Of a stretch of 64,000 nt of DNA, positions 19,908 through 29,581 are shown in pieces. Each line of letters opens with the position of its first letter. Within the stretch, counting starts at the first letter, position 1. Below the pieces are notes generated by a model. That model saw nothing but the letters and a program-made list of their open reading frames with translations, did not search any database and was not told the origin of the DNA. Origin of the DNA: an uncultured Candidatus Hydrogenedens sp. (GTDB lineage: Bacteria > Desulfobacterota_D > UBA1144); assembly GCA_902609885.1 (NCBI GenBank), contig CACLTT010000004.1:75556-139555 (forward strand). Reading direction: 5' to 3'. Made by a program: the position numbers and the translations under genes.

Positions 19908-22314
19908 CTTTTGCAGCAGCTACAACTTTTATATCTTCTTCTAATTTCATTAGCCTTACTCCTTGAGTTGCTCTACCAATTATTGAGATATCAGAAGATT
20001 TAAGTCTGTTTGCCTTACCGACAGATGATAACAATATAATATCATCACCATCTTTAACTTGAAAAGCATTTATAATACTTCCGGTTTTTTCAGTAATTTT
20101 AAGAGTTGTAACGCCCTTGCCGCCTCTTCCAATTAGTCTATATTTTTCAACTTCTGTTCGCTTCCCGAATCCATTCTCTGTTATAGTTAATATTTGTGAT
20201 GATAAATCTTTGATAACCTCTGAGCTAACGACATAATCATCGCCTTTTAAACTTATACCTTTTACACCCATACTATTTCTACCAACTGACCTAACATTGT
20301 GCTCGTTAAATCTAATTGCTTGACCATTATGCGTTGAAATTAAAATTTGATCATCGCCGGAGCTAGTTCTAACAGAAATTAGCTCATCGTTATTTTTTAA
20401 ATTTATAGCAATGATTCCATTAGATCTAGGCCTTGAATACTCCTCCAGCTTTGTTTTCTTTATAATTCCACTTTTTGTAGTCATTATTAAAAACTTGTCT
20501 TGCTTAAAGTTTTTTAATGAAATATAAGATCTAACTTTTTCATTTTCTGACAATTCTAGTATATTTGTTAATGCTCTCCCTCTTGCTGTAAGACTTGATT
20601 CAGGAAGCTCATGAACTTTTCTCCAGAAGCATTTACCTGAACTGGTAAAAAACATCACATAATCATGGGTTGATGCGACAAAAACATGTTCAGCAAAATC
20701 ATTATTTTTTGATGTAGCACCAGTTCTACCAACACCTCCTCTCTTTTGACTCTTATATAGCTTCTCAGATGTTCTTTTAATAAAACCTTCGTGTGTAAGC
20801 GTGACTGTCATGTCCTCTTCGGTTATTAAATCCTCAATTGAAATTCCACCAAGATCTCTATCATCTATGTTTGTCCTTCTGCTATCACCGTACAAATCAA
20901 TCAATTCTTTCAATTCATCAATCATAATTTTATTAATTTCTTCATCACTAGATAGTATTTTTTCTATTTCTTTGATCCGCGTGATCAAATTTTTTCTTTC
21001 TTCAAATATTTTCTCTTGTTCCATTCCAGTAAGCCTTTGAAGTCTTAGATCGAGTATTGCATTGGCTTGAATAACAGAAATTTTTAACTTTTTAATTAAG
21101 GATTCTCTAGCATCACTAGGTTCTTTAGAAGATCTAATTATTTTAATTGTTTGATCTAATTTATCTAAAGCAACTTTAAAACCATCCAGCAAATGTAATC
21201 TATCTTTTGCTTTAGACAGCTCGAAAAGAAACCTCTTAGTGATTATTTCAAATCTATGGTCTATAAAACACTGGTTTATCTGCTTTAGTCCTAGCAATTG
21301 AGGCTTGTTTTTATCAATTGCCAAAAGAATAATCCCAAAGGTCGTACTCAATGGAGTCAATGAAAATAAATTATTTAAAATCACATTAGGATCATCATTT
21401 CTTTTTGGATCAATAACAATTCTCATACCATCCCTGTTAGATTCATCTCTAATATCCGAAATTCCTTTTATTTTTTCATCCTTGACGAGATCTGCTATTT
21501 TTTCAATTAATTTACTTTTATTAACTTGATATGGAATTTCAGTAATAACAATGGCATTTGTTTCTGTTTCTATAAAAGCCTTGCCTCTTAATTTAATTAT
21601 TCCTCTTCCAGTTGAATAGACTTGTTTTATAATTTCTTTGGAACCATGGATTATGCCGCCTGTCGGAAAGTCTGGGCCAGGAATAATTTCAATTAATTTT
21701 TCAATACTAATTTTTGGATTTTTAATTTGAGCTATTATTGCATTTGCTAATTCCTTAAAGTTGTGTGGTGGTATATTTGTTGACATTCCAACAGCAATTC
21801 CTGAGGCACCATTCAGTAAAAGATTAGGAATCTTTGATGGCAAAACTTTGGGTTCTTTTGAAGACCCATCATAATTTTCAATAAAATCGACTGTATTTTT
21901 TTCAATATCCTCTAATATTTCTGAAGTAAGTTTTGCAAGCTTTACTTCTGTATATCTCATTGCTGCTGCTGGATCACCATCAATTGAACCGAAATTACCT
22001 TGCCCATCAACAAGAGGGTATCTTAAGGAAAAATCTTGGGCCATTCTAACCAATGCTTCATATAAAGCGCTATCTCCATGAGGATGGAACTTGCCCATTA
22101 CATCGCCTACAACTCTGGCTGATTTTTTGTATGATTTATTTGATTCAAGACCTAAATCTTTCATTCCATATAACAATCTTCTATGAACAGGCTTTAAACC
22201 ATCTCTTACATCTGGCAAAGCTCTACCAATTATTACGCTCAATGAATAACTTAAATATGAATCTTTTAATTCATCATATATCTCTGTAGATTTAATATTT
22301 TTATCAATAGAAAT
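19882..22314 (-). CDS. gyrA: DNA gyrase subunit A
   Basis: [17 protein letters not shown], active-site region and a GRGGKG GyrA-box in the beta-pinwheel CTD. The conserved N-terminus (…[22 protein letters not shown]) continues upstream of the TTG at 22242 with no ATG, GTG or TTG. An ATT at 22312-22314 with GGAG 10 nt upstream is proposed as the start. Confidence 0.85.
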   Translation of the reverse strand: MSIDKNIKSTEIYDELKDSYLSYSLSVIIGRALPDVRDGLKPVHRRLLYGMKDLGLESNKSYKKSARVVGDVMGKFHPHGDSALYEALVRMAQDFSLRYPLVDGQGNFGSIDGDPAAAMRYTEVKLAKLTSEILEDIEKNTVDFIENYDGSSKEPKVLPSKIPNLLLNGASGIAVGMSTNIPPHNFKELANAIIAQIKNPKISIEKLIEIIPGPDFPTGGIIHGSKEIIKQVYSTGRGIIKLRGKAFIETETNAIVITEIPYQVNKSKLIEKIADLVKDEKIKGISDIRDESNRDGMRIVIDPKRNDDPNVILNNLFSLTPLSTTFGIILLAIDKNKPQLLGLKQINQCFIDHRFEIITKRFLFELSKAKDRLHLLDGFKVALDKLDQTIKIIRSSKEPSDARESLIKKLKISVIQANAILDLRLQRLTGMEQEKIFEERKNLITRIKEIEKILSSDEEINKIMIDELKELIDLYGDSRRTNIDDRDLGGISIEDLITEEDMTVTLTHEGFIKRTSEKLYKSQKRGGVGRTGATSKNNDFAEHVFVASTHDYVMFFTSSGKCFWRKVHELPESSLTARGRALTNILELSENEKVRSYISLKNFKQDKFLIMTTKSGIIKKTKLEEYSRPRSNGIIAINLKNNDELISVRTSSGDDQILISTHNGQAIRFNEHNVRSVGRNSMGVKGISLKGDDYVVSSEVIKDLSSQILTITENGFGKRTEVEKYRLIGRGGKGVTTLKITEKTGSIINAFQVKDGDDIILLSSVGKANRLKSSDISIIGRATQGVRLMKLEEDIKVVAAAKVDEKEDDD

Positions 22315-22375
22315 TGTAAAAAGTCTCCATGGAATTAATATGAATATTATACATTTTTATAGGTAAAAATGAAGT

Positions 22376-23386
22376 CTAAATATCCGAAATTATACCTTTT
22401 TTTACTATATTATTTACTAGGTTATCAGGACTGACATTTTTATATAGAACTCCATAGATTGACTCAAGTATTGGTGCTTTAAACTTAAATTTTTTTGAAA
22501 GTTTTATAAATGCTTTAGATGTAAAATATCCCTCGGCAATAGAATTTGAAGATTTTAATACGGATTTAATTTTCATACCTTTTCCAATCATAAAACCTAA
22601 ATTTCTATTTCTACTTTGTATTCCATAACAAGTTAACATTAGATCACCTACACCTGAAAGTCCCAAGAAAGTTGAATCTTTTGCACCCAGAATCTTTGAA
22701 AACTGTCTTATTTCAAATAAGCTTCTAGTTATAAATGCAGCTTTTGTACTCTCAGTGTTTCCTACTCCATCAATAATTCCCGCGCCAATTGCTATAACAT
22801 TTTTTAATGCACCTGCAATTTCAACTCCAATAACATCATTAGATCTATATACTTTTAGATTTGTATTTTCAAATAATGCTGCTGATAACTCAAGAGACGA
22901 ACTGCTTTTAGAAGAAAGAGTTACAGCTGTTGGCAATTCACTAACAACATCTTTTGCAAAACTAGGACCAGAGAGTGTTACATATTTTTTATTATCAATA
23001 TTAGCTGTCTCGGTGAATATTTGATTAATAAATTTTAAAGATTTTATATCAATTCCTTTTGAAGCATTGATAATTATTGATTTTGGATTTATTTGATTTT
23101 TTAATTTTAATAATATTGGACGAATATACTGTGTTGGAATCGTAAAAATATAAATATTAGAATCCAAAAAATCTTTATCTTTAATATCATTTATAGCTTC
23201 AAGATTATTTGATAATTTATGGCCTGGAAGAAAAAGTTTGTTTTCTCTAAGTTTATTAATAGAATCACATACAGACGTTTCTTTTACCCAAATTTTAACT
23301 TTTCTTGAATTATGAGCAATTAAGTTTGCCAGTGAAGTTCCCCAGCTTCCGCCACCAAAAACAGATACATTAGTATTTGATTTCAT
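22376..23386 (-). CDS. gpsA: NAD(P)H-dependent glycerol-3-phosphate dehydrogenase
   Basis: VSVFGGGSWGTSLA Rossmann motif and GpsA catalytic region. Confidence 0.9.
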   Translation of the reverse strand: MKSNTNVSVFGGGSWGTSLANLIAHNSRKVKIWVKETSVCDSINKLRENKLFLPGHKLSNNLEAINDIKDKDFLDSNIYIFTIPTQYIRPILLKLKNQINPKSIIINASKGIDIKSLKFINQIFTETANIDNKKYVTLSGPSFAKDVVSELPTAVTLSSKSSSSLELSAALFENTNLKVYRSNDVIGVEIAGALKNVIAIGAGIIDGVGNTESTKAAFITRSLFEIRQFSKILGAKDSTFLGLSGVGDLMLTCYGIQSRNRNLGFMIGKGMKIKSVLKSSNSIAEGYFTSKAFIKLSKKFKFKAPILESIYGVLYKNVSPDNLVNNIVKKGIISDI

Positions 23387-23423
23387 AAGATATTAATATT
23401 ATATTTATTTTCTAAGAGTTACA

Positions 23424-23603
23424 ATGTTAAGAAGAGATTATTTAGGTTCTATTTTAGTATGCTCAATATTATTCACCCTAGTAGGTATTGGAGTATATAA
23501 AGCTTCTCATGTTGACCTAGCATTATATTTTAAAATTGTAGGATCTATAGTAGGAATCGCATTATTTGTTGGATTTATAACTAATCTTATAGGCAAAGAA
23601 TAA
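23424..23603 (+). CDS. small (59 aa) putative two-TM membrane protein, absent from the supplied ORF track
   Basis: ATG to TAA ORF reading MLRRDYLGSILVCSILFTLVGIGVYKASHVDLALYFKIVGSIVGIALFVGFITNLIGKE. It has two hydrophobic helices and fills a 217-nt gap in an otherwise gap-free region. Confidence 0.35.
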   Translation: MLRRDYLGSILVCSILFTLVGIGVYKASHVDLALYFKIVGSIVGIALFVGFITNLIGKE

Positions 23604-23999
23604 TTATTTTGAAACATTTTTATTGATCCATTCTATCATCTCAGTTGTTGATGTCCCAGGACCAAATATTTCTTTTACTCCAAATTCTTTTAGTTTTGGA
23701 ATATCTTCATCGGGGATAATCCCTCCCCCAAAAATAACAACATCACCTAAGCCTTTATCATTTAAGTTTTTAATAATTTCAGGAAATAAAAAATTATGAG
23801 CTCCTGATAATAAACTTACTCCAATTGCATCAACATCTTCTTGTAACGCAGCTTCGGCAATCATCTCTGGGGTTTGATGGAGTCCAGTATAAATTACTTC
23901 AAATCCTGCATCACGTAAAGCTCGTGTTATAATTTTTGCCCCTCTATCATGACCATCTAATCCTGCTTTAGCTATTAGAATTCTTATTTTATTAGACAT
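23604..23999 (-). CDS. cobalamin (B12)-binding domain protein, methylmalonyl-CoA mutase small-subunit-like
   Basis: [29 protein letters not shown]...[12 protein letters not shown] matches the DxHxxG B12-binding fold of MCM C-terminal domains. 131 aa, stand-alone. Confidence 0.8.
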   Translation of the reverse strand: MSNKIRILIAKAGLDGHDRGAKIITRALRDAGFEVIYTGLHQTPEMIAEAALQEDVDAIGVSLLSGAHNFLFPEIIKNLNDKGLGDVVIFGGGIIPDEDIPKLKEFGVKEIFGPGTSTTEMIEWINKNVSK

Positions 24000-24021
24000 A
24001 TTTAAATTTATTTATATCCTA

Positions 24022-24378
24022 TTAGTTATAGAAATACAATTTCTTACTGTAAATTGTTTTTGGGATTGAATCTACAACAAAACTAAAATTTAACTTTTCT
24101 CCTGGCTGCAAAGGATAATTATCACTATTCAACAATAAAACAGATCTTGTTTCAATAACTTCTCCATTTTTACTTTTAGCTATATACCTAATAGAAATAT
24201 TGTGAATAGGAATTGAGGATTTATTTATAAAAAAACCCGAATATTCAAATTTATTTTCTGAGTTTATTGTTTCTAGAACAACTAAATTATTTATTGAGTT
24301 TGCATTTAAATATGTAGTAAAAGAAATAAATGTTAAAAAAAATACAATAATAAATTTTTTAATTTTTATTTTTTTCAT
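24022..24378 (-). CDS. secreted hypothetical protein (beta-rich)
   Basis: Signal peptide MKKIKIKKFIIVFFLTFISFTTYLNA followed by about 95 aa of mature domain. No recognisable family. Overlaps the upstream membrane-protein gene. Confidence 0.5.
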   Translation of the reverse strand: MKKIKIKKFIIVFFLTFISFTTYLNANSINNLVVLETINSENKFEYSGFFINKSSIPIHNISIRYIAKSKNGEVIETRSVLLLNSDNYPLQPGEKLNFSFVVDSIPKTIYSKKLYFYN

Positions 24379-25060
24379 CAGATATATTATTATGATCCTC
24401 AATAATTTGATTTATAATTTTTTGCATAATTTTTATTGATCCAATAGAACTTTCTTTAATATAAGAGGTATCAGTTATTGGTGGCTTCTTTTTCTTCGTC
24501 CATAAATAAAATAAAAATGCTTGGTTATTAAGTATTAAAAATAATAATAAATAAAAAACAGCATTAGTAGATAATGTTCTTAAAATTAAAGGTATGTTAT
24601 CTACTTCAACTCTAACAACACCCATGGGTTTTTCATCAGCCGCATAGAAAGGTCTTATTGCTACATATTTATTATTAAAAAAATATTTTTCGTCTTTATT
24701 AATCTCAGCTGAATCATCTTTTTGAAAATTTTCATTTACCCCAGCATCAACTTTACCTGAAATAATATCATCAGAAAAAAATATTGATATTATATTTGGT
24801 TTTGTTATAGCAAAAGCAGATGAAAGCTCATCAATTCCTATATTTGAATCTAAGTACGAAATAAAACCTTTTGTATTTTTTTGTTCATTTGCAGTAAAAT
24901 AAATTCCCGCTTGCTTAGCTATTAATTCTGTAAATTGTTTAGATTGTTTTTTGAGGGATTCTCTTTCAAGATTAAAATTAAATATAAAAATAGTTGATAT
25001 AAAAGCAAAAATTACTATTTGAATAATAAAAATTATTAAAAATCTACGTAAATAATACAT
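24359..25060 (-). CDS. hypothetical two-TM membrane protein with a ~130-aa extracytoplasmic domain
   Basis: TM1 at residues 5-28 and TM2 around residues 165-186, then a lysine-rich cytoplasmic tail. Sensor-like topology without an output domain. Confidence 0.55.
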   Translation of the reverse strand: MYYLRRFLIIFIIQIVIFAFISTIFIFNFNLERESLKKQSKQFTELIAKQAGIYFTANEQKNTKGFISYLDSNIGIDELSSAFAITKPNIISIFFSDDIISGKVDAGVNENFQKDDSAEINKDEKYFFNNKYVAIRPFYAADEKPMGVVRVEVDNIPLILRTLSTNAVFYLLLFLILNNQAFLFYLWTKKKKPPITDTSYIKESSIGSIKIMQKIINQIIEDHNNISDEKNKN

Positions 25061-25485
25061 TAAGCACTTTTTGATAGTTCGTAAACTTTTTGAAGAACCT
25101 CTTTAGAAACTCTTTTATCAGACTTTAATAGCATATATATCATACCTATAAAATCTTTTCTAACGTCAGAATTAAGATTCCTAAAAAGATCCAATAAAAG
25201 CTTTTCTGAACTAGTAATTGGTTCATTTAATGAGGATATTATTTTTTCTTTATTAAGAAACCTAAGTAATTTGTGATCTTTTGCTTTATTCCATACATTT
25301 TCAGATGAAACATTTAAAACCTTAGAAATTTCAAAACATTTAGTTTTAGATGGGGCATCTACCTTACCTGTTTCAAGTTGATGAATATATACAGTTGAAA
25401 CTCCAATGCCATTTGCAAGATTCTCTTGAGTAATACCTTTTGATTTTCTCAAAGATTTTAAAAAGTTACCGAATTCTTTATGCAT
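25060..25485 (-). CDS. XRE-family helix-turn-helix transcriptional regulator
   Basis: N-terminal HTH_XRE (LRKSKGITQENLANGIGVSTVYIHQLETG) plus a ~80-aa C-terminal domain of unknown function. Confidence 0.7.
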   Translation of the reverse strand: MHKEFGNFLKSLRKSKGITQENLANGIGVSTVYIHQLETGKVDAPSKTKCFEISKVLNVSSENVWNKAKDHKLLRFLNKEKIISSLNEPITSSEKLLLDLFRNLNSDVRKDFIGMIYMLLKSDKRVSKEVLQKVYELSKSA

Positions 25486-25528
25486 AAAACTATTGTACAG
25501 ACATAGTAGTTATTTTTCAAACATGAAG

Positions 25529-25601
<73 letters not shown>

Positions 25602-25650
25602 AAATCAAGATTCGAAAAGTTTATATAATTAAAATTATTAATCAAGAAAG

Positions 25651-25676
25651 CTTGTGGAGCCCAAAGGCTCCACAAG
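25651..25676 (-). terminator. rho-independent terminator of the porin gene (11-bp perfect stem CTTGTGGAGCC / GGCTCCACAAG, 4-nt loop, U-tract on the reverse strand)
   Basis: Perfect inverted repeat read in sequence. It is followed on the minus strand by CTTTCTT. Confidence 0.6.
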
Positions 25677-25687
25677 TCATTAGCAAT

Positions 25688-26764
25688 TTAGAATGCTACG
25701 ATGTATTGTAGCGATGCTGTTTTTTGTGATTTGTTTTGAGGTGTAGAACCTTCACCAGCTTGGAAAGCTTTGAAGTTAGCAAAATCCATTCTGTATTCAG
25801 CTCTAAGAACTCCACCACCTACTGCCATTTCTGGAGTAATTGTGAAACTCTCTAATGTACCGTCATCACTTGCATTAACAAATGATGAATCTAAATCATC
25901 AAAACCTAATTTAGTATCACCTTCATCTTGGAAATATTCATATCTGACTGTTACAGACATTGTGTCTGTAATTGCTTTTGAAAGATATGTAGCGAATCCA
26001 AACCATTCTCCATCAATAGCAGAACCTGATTTAGTTTCTTTACCATAAACACCGTTAACCGTTAGGTCAGCGAATGCTAATGGATATCCAAATACAGCTG
26101 TATAAGTTTGCTGAATTGTATTAGCATCTGATCCGTCATTACCGTAGTTCATAGCTAAGAAAAGACTACCTTCTCCTACAGTTAAACCTGCAGCAGCTTC
26201 GATAATTTTCTGTTGATCTGAACCTTCATCATAGATGACGTCAGAACCATTGCTAACTCCGATATAAACTTCATCAGCTAACATACCTGGTTCAAACATT
26301 GCTCTAACACCTGTATTTTGGAAATTAATAGAATATCCAAATAAGAAGCTTCTTGTAATGTTCGGATTGTCTCCAGGATTTATTACCTCGTTACCAAGCA
26401 TTGTATCCATGTGGCCAACCATTACTGTGAATGCACCCACTGGAACTACTCCGTAAGCTTGATGTAAGAAAAATTCTTCATCACTAGTACCTAAATCGCC
26501 AGCCATTGCACCAAATAACGCATCTATTACAAAGAAATCATTCGCTACACCTAATTGAGCGCTTGGAGTAAAAGTTGACTCATCATCGCTAAAAGTATAG
26601 AAATTGTTTGCGTTATCTCCACCATTATCACCAAAGTTTGCTGTACCTTCAGTTACAACATACCCTGAGAAGGTTAGTGGAATTGCAGAATCAGCAGCAA
26701 AAGAATTTTTAACTGGTAAAGCTAAAAAAACTAGTACTAATGCAAATATAGTTAATTTACGCAT
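25688..26764 (-). CDS. outer-membrane beta-barrel porin
   Basis: Signal peptide ending SFA-ADS, alternating amphipathic beta-strand pattern, and a C-terminal aromatic terminus (…LQYIVAF). Confidence 0.7.
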   Translation of the reverse strand: MRKLTIFALVLVFLALPVKNSFAADSAIPLTFSGYVVTEGTANFGDNGGDNANNFYTFSDDESTFTPSAQLGVANDFFVIDALFGAMAGDLGTSDEEFFLHQAYGVVPVGAFTVMVGHMDTMLGNEVINPGDNPNITRSFLFGYSINFQNTGVRAMFEPGMLADEVYIGVSNGSDVIYDEGSDQQKIIEAAAGLTVGEGSLFLAMNYGNDGSDANTIQQTYTAVFGYPLAFADLTVNGVYGKETKSGSAIDGEWFGFATYLSKAITDTMSVTVRYEYFQDEGDTKLGFDDLDSSFVNASDDGTLESFTITPEMAVGGGVLRAEYRMDFANFKAFQAGEGSTPQNKSQKTASLQYIVAF

Positions 26765-26852
26765 AAATATAACCCTCCTTATGTTTTATAGTTATTTTTA
26801 TGCAAATAACATACCAAATTAATATAAAATTAACAATTTTTTTTAAATAAAA

Positions 26853-28196
26853 TTATTCTAGATCTTTACCTTTGGTCTCGGGAAGAAATAAAAGAACTAA
26901 AAATGCAAATATTGCAAATACAGATGCTGTCATTAAAGCTCTTCCATTCCCAATGATTTCACCATCAAAAATAAATGCGAATGAACTTACAGCAACAAAA
27001 GCAAATAAAGGGGGTGCAATTGCTGAGGCTCCTCTTCCAACATTATAGCTAAATCCTTGCGCTGTACCTCTCGCTCGAGTTGGAAATATTTCTGCGAATA
27101 TTGCGCCAAAACCAGAATAAAATCCAGTTGCAAAAAATCCTAATAATGGAGCAATTATAAGCACTAATGCATCTAGAGATATAAATCCCAAAAATTCCTG
27201 AATTTGCACTATATTTCCAAAAATTGGAACTAATAAAGCAACAATCAATAGATATGTACCGAAGGTTGTCTTCCTTCCAATTCTATCGCTTATCAAACCA
27301 AATGAAATGCAGCCTAAAATTGCTCCTATGTTAAGTGGAATAGTAAATCCAAAACCTTTGACAATTCCTAAACCTGCACCTCCCTCAGAAACGGGACTTG
27401 CCAGATAATTAGGTACAAAATAACTTAAGCCCCAATAAGATATCATGCAAAAACTTGTCAATAATGTTGCTTTTATTAACATTGATCTGATTTCTTTAGA
27501 ATTAAAAATTTCAAAAAAAGTAAATTCTTGTTTTGTTTTAGATCTTTCCTCCGCAGATTTTTTCCAAATTTCGGGTTCCTCACAAACTCTTCTGACATAA
27601 AATACTAGAAATGCAGGTATTACACCTAGAAAGAAAAGAACTCTCCAACTTTCAACAGGAAAGTCAGTATTTACAAAAGGAATCATATTTAAATTAAAGT
27701 CATCAACGGGTAATACAAAAGTTGCTAAAATTGCGGCAAAAATAAATCCGAAACCCCAACCACTTTGAACCATGCCGACTACTTTACCTCTATGTTGCTT
27801 AGGCCAACTTTCTGCAACCAAAATTTCACCAGAAGCCCATTCGCCACCCATTCCTAATCCTAGAAGAAAGCGGCAGACCACAAAAAAGAAGATATCAGGA
27901 GAGAAAGCTGAAAGCATAGTGAAAAGTGAATAAATTAAAATTGAATATGTCAGGGCTTTAACTCTACCAACATAATCTGAAATTATTCCAAAAACAATTC
28001 CACCTAAAGCTGAAGAAGCTAAAGTAATACTAAATAGTAAAGCAGCTTGAGTTCCAGTTATATCAAATGTTTGTGCTATGAATTTAAACGCAAAAACATA
28101 TAAAAGTAAGTCCATTGCATCCAATGTCCAGCCAAAAAAAGCTGCGATGAATGTTTTCCATTGCTTAGAATTAATATCATTCGTCCACTGGAACAT
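26853..28196 (-). CDS. MFS transporter
   Basis: 12 predicted TM helices and the MFS motif region GRVKALTYS / DRIGRK between TM2-3 and TM8-9. Confidence 0.85.
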   Translation of the reverse strand: MFQWTNDINSKQWKTFIAAFFGWTLDAMDLLLYVFAFKFIAQTFDITGTQAALLFSITLASSALGGIVFGIISDYVGRVKALTYSILIYSLFTMLSAFSPDIFFFVVCRFLLGLGMGGEWASGEILVAESWPKQHRGKVVGMVQSGWGFGFIFAAILATFVLPVDDFNLNMIPFVNTDFPVESWRVLFFLGVIPAFLVFYVRRVCEEPEIWKKSAEERSKTKQEFTFFEIFNSKEIRSMLIKATLLTSFCMISYWGLSYFVPNYLASPVSEGGAGLGIVKGFGFTIPLNIGAILGCISFGLISDRIGRKTTFGTYLLIVALLVPIFGNIVQIQEFLGFISLDALVLIIAPLLGFFATGFYSGFGAIFAEIFPTRARGTAQGFSYNVGRGASAIAPPLFAFVAVSSFAFIFDGEIIGNGRALMTASVFAIFAFLVLLFLPETKGKDLE

Positions 28197-28276
28197 CTAT
28201 GAATGGTACTAAATATAAGAAAATTAGTCAATTCGAAATTATTGCATTAAATTTAAAGATTGTTAAAATTTTCTAG

Positions 28277-29581
28277 ATGAAAAAAGAATCTGTTTTTATT
28301 GAAACTTATGGATGCCAAATGAATGAGTATGATTCTGATAGAATAATAAATGCTCTAAATGCAACCCCCACAAATATGCCTGAAAATGCAGATATTATAA
28401 TTATCAATACGTGTGCGATTAGAGAAAAAGCTGATCATAAAGCTGTAAGTGCAATAGGTCGATATAACAAACTTAAAAAAAATAAGCCTGAACTTATAGT
28501 AGGCATATCTGGTTGTGTAGCTCAGCTTTACGGTAAAAAACTTTTAAAAGATATGCCATATTTAGATTTTGTTCTAGGGCCTAGAGGTATTCCTCAAATA
28601 CCAAAGATTATAAAAGATATCAGAAGTGAGAATAATCACCGTCCTATTGAGACATCTATGGATGTTCAAGACGTATTTGATATAACCCCATATCATAAAA
28701 AAGATAAAGTTGCAGGCTTTGTTTCCATCCAACAAGGATGCAATAAAAAATGTGCATATTGTATTGTGCCGACAACCAGGGGAGGTGAAATTAATAGGCC
28801 AATTAATGAAATAATTTCTGAATCTAGGTATTTGGTTGAATTAGGTGCAAAAGAAATAACTTATATTGGACAGACAGTAAACTCTTGGAAACATAATAAA
28901 TTAAGATTTCCAAGCCTACTTGATAATCTTCAAGAAATTAATGGACTTGAAAGAATTAGATTTACTACATCATTCCCCAAAGACATAACTTCAAATATGA
29001 TATATTCTATGAAAAAGAATAGTAAAGTATGTAAACAGCTCCATTTGCCAGTACAGTCGGGCTCTAATAAAGTTTTAAGAGAGATGAGCAGAACATATTC
29101 AATTGAATGGTATAAACAAAGAATTGAAATGTTGCGAGATGTAATACCTGACATTGCTTTATCTACAGATATCATTATTGGCTTTGGTTCAGAAAGTGAA
29201 AAAGATTTTCAAGAAACAATGGACTTAATAAATCTTATTGAATTTGATACTGTTTATTCTTTTAAATATTCAGTTCGCCCTGGAACTCCCGGTGAAAAAA
29301 TGGAATATCATGTTCCAGACGATAAAGCTTCAGAAAGATTATCCATTCTTCAAGAGAGACAAAAAGAAATTACTTTCAAAAAAAATTGTGATAATCTTGG
29401 AAAAATCACAGAAGTTTTAATTGAAGGTTACAGTAAACAAAATAAAAATGATCTATATGGAAGAACAACCCATAATAAAGTAGTAAATGTTAGAAATCTA
29501 GATGATTCTAATATTGGAAAATTGATTAATGTAAAAATTACTGAAGCAACACAGAATTCTTTAATTGGTGAACAAGCATAA
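28277..29581 (+). CDS. miaB: tRNA-2-methylthio-N6-dimethylallyladenosine synthase (radical SAM methylthiotransferase)
   Basis: MTTase N-domain YGCQMNEYDSDRI, radical-SAM CxxxCxxC (CNKKCAYCIVP) and a TRAM domain. Confidence 0.85.
   Translation: MKKESVFIETYGCQMNEYDSDRIINALNATPTNMPENADIIIINTCAIREKADHKAVSAIGRYNKLKKNKPELIVGISGCVAQLYGKKLLKDMPYLDFVLGPRGIPQIPKIIKDIRSENNHRPIETSMDVQDVFDITPYHKKDKVAGFVSIQQGCNKKCAYCIVPTTRGGEINRPINEIISESRYLVELGAKEITYIGQTVNSWKHNKLRFPSLLDNLQEINGLERIRFTTSFPKDITSNMIYSMKKNSKVCKQLHLPVQSGSNKVLREMSRTYSIEWYKQRIEMLRDVIPDIALSTDIIIGFGSESEKDFQETMDLINLIEFDTVYSFKYSVRPGTPGEKMEYHVPDDKASERLSILQERQKEITFKKNCDNLGKITEVLIEGYSKQNKNDLYGRTTHNKVVNVRNLDDSNIGKLINVKITEATQNSLIGEQA

Noticed and set aside
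24000-24030. Searched for an att-site duplicate of the tRNA-Phe 3' end at the far border of the XRE module
   Set aside because: No copy of the tRNA 3' end sequence (plus-strand TGCCCTGAGGCGGAATCGAACC) was found near 24000-24030 or 23600. The module therefore cannot be called an integrated element.
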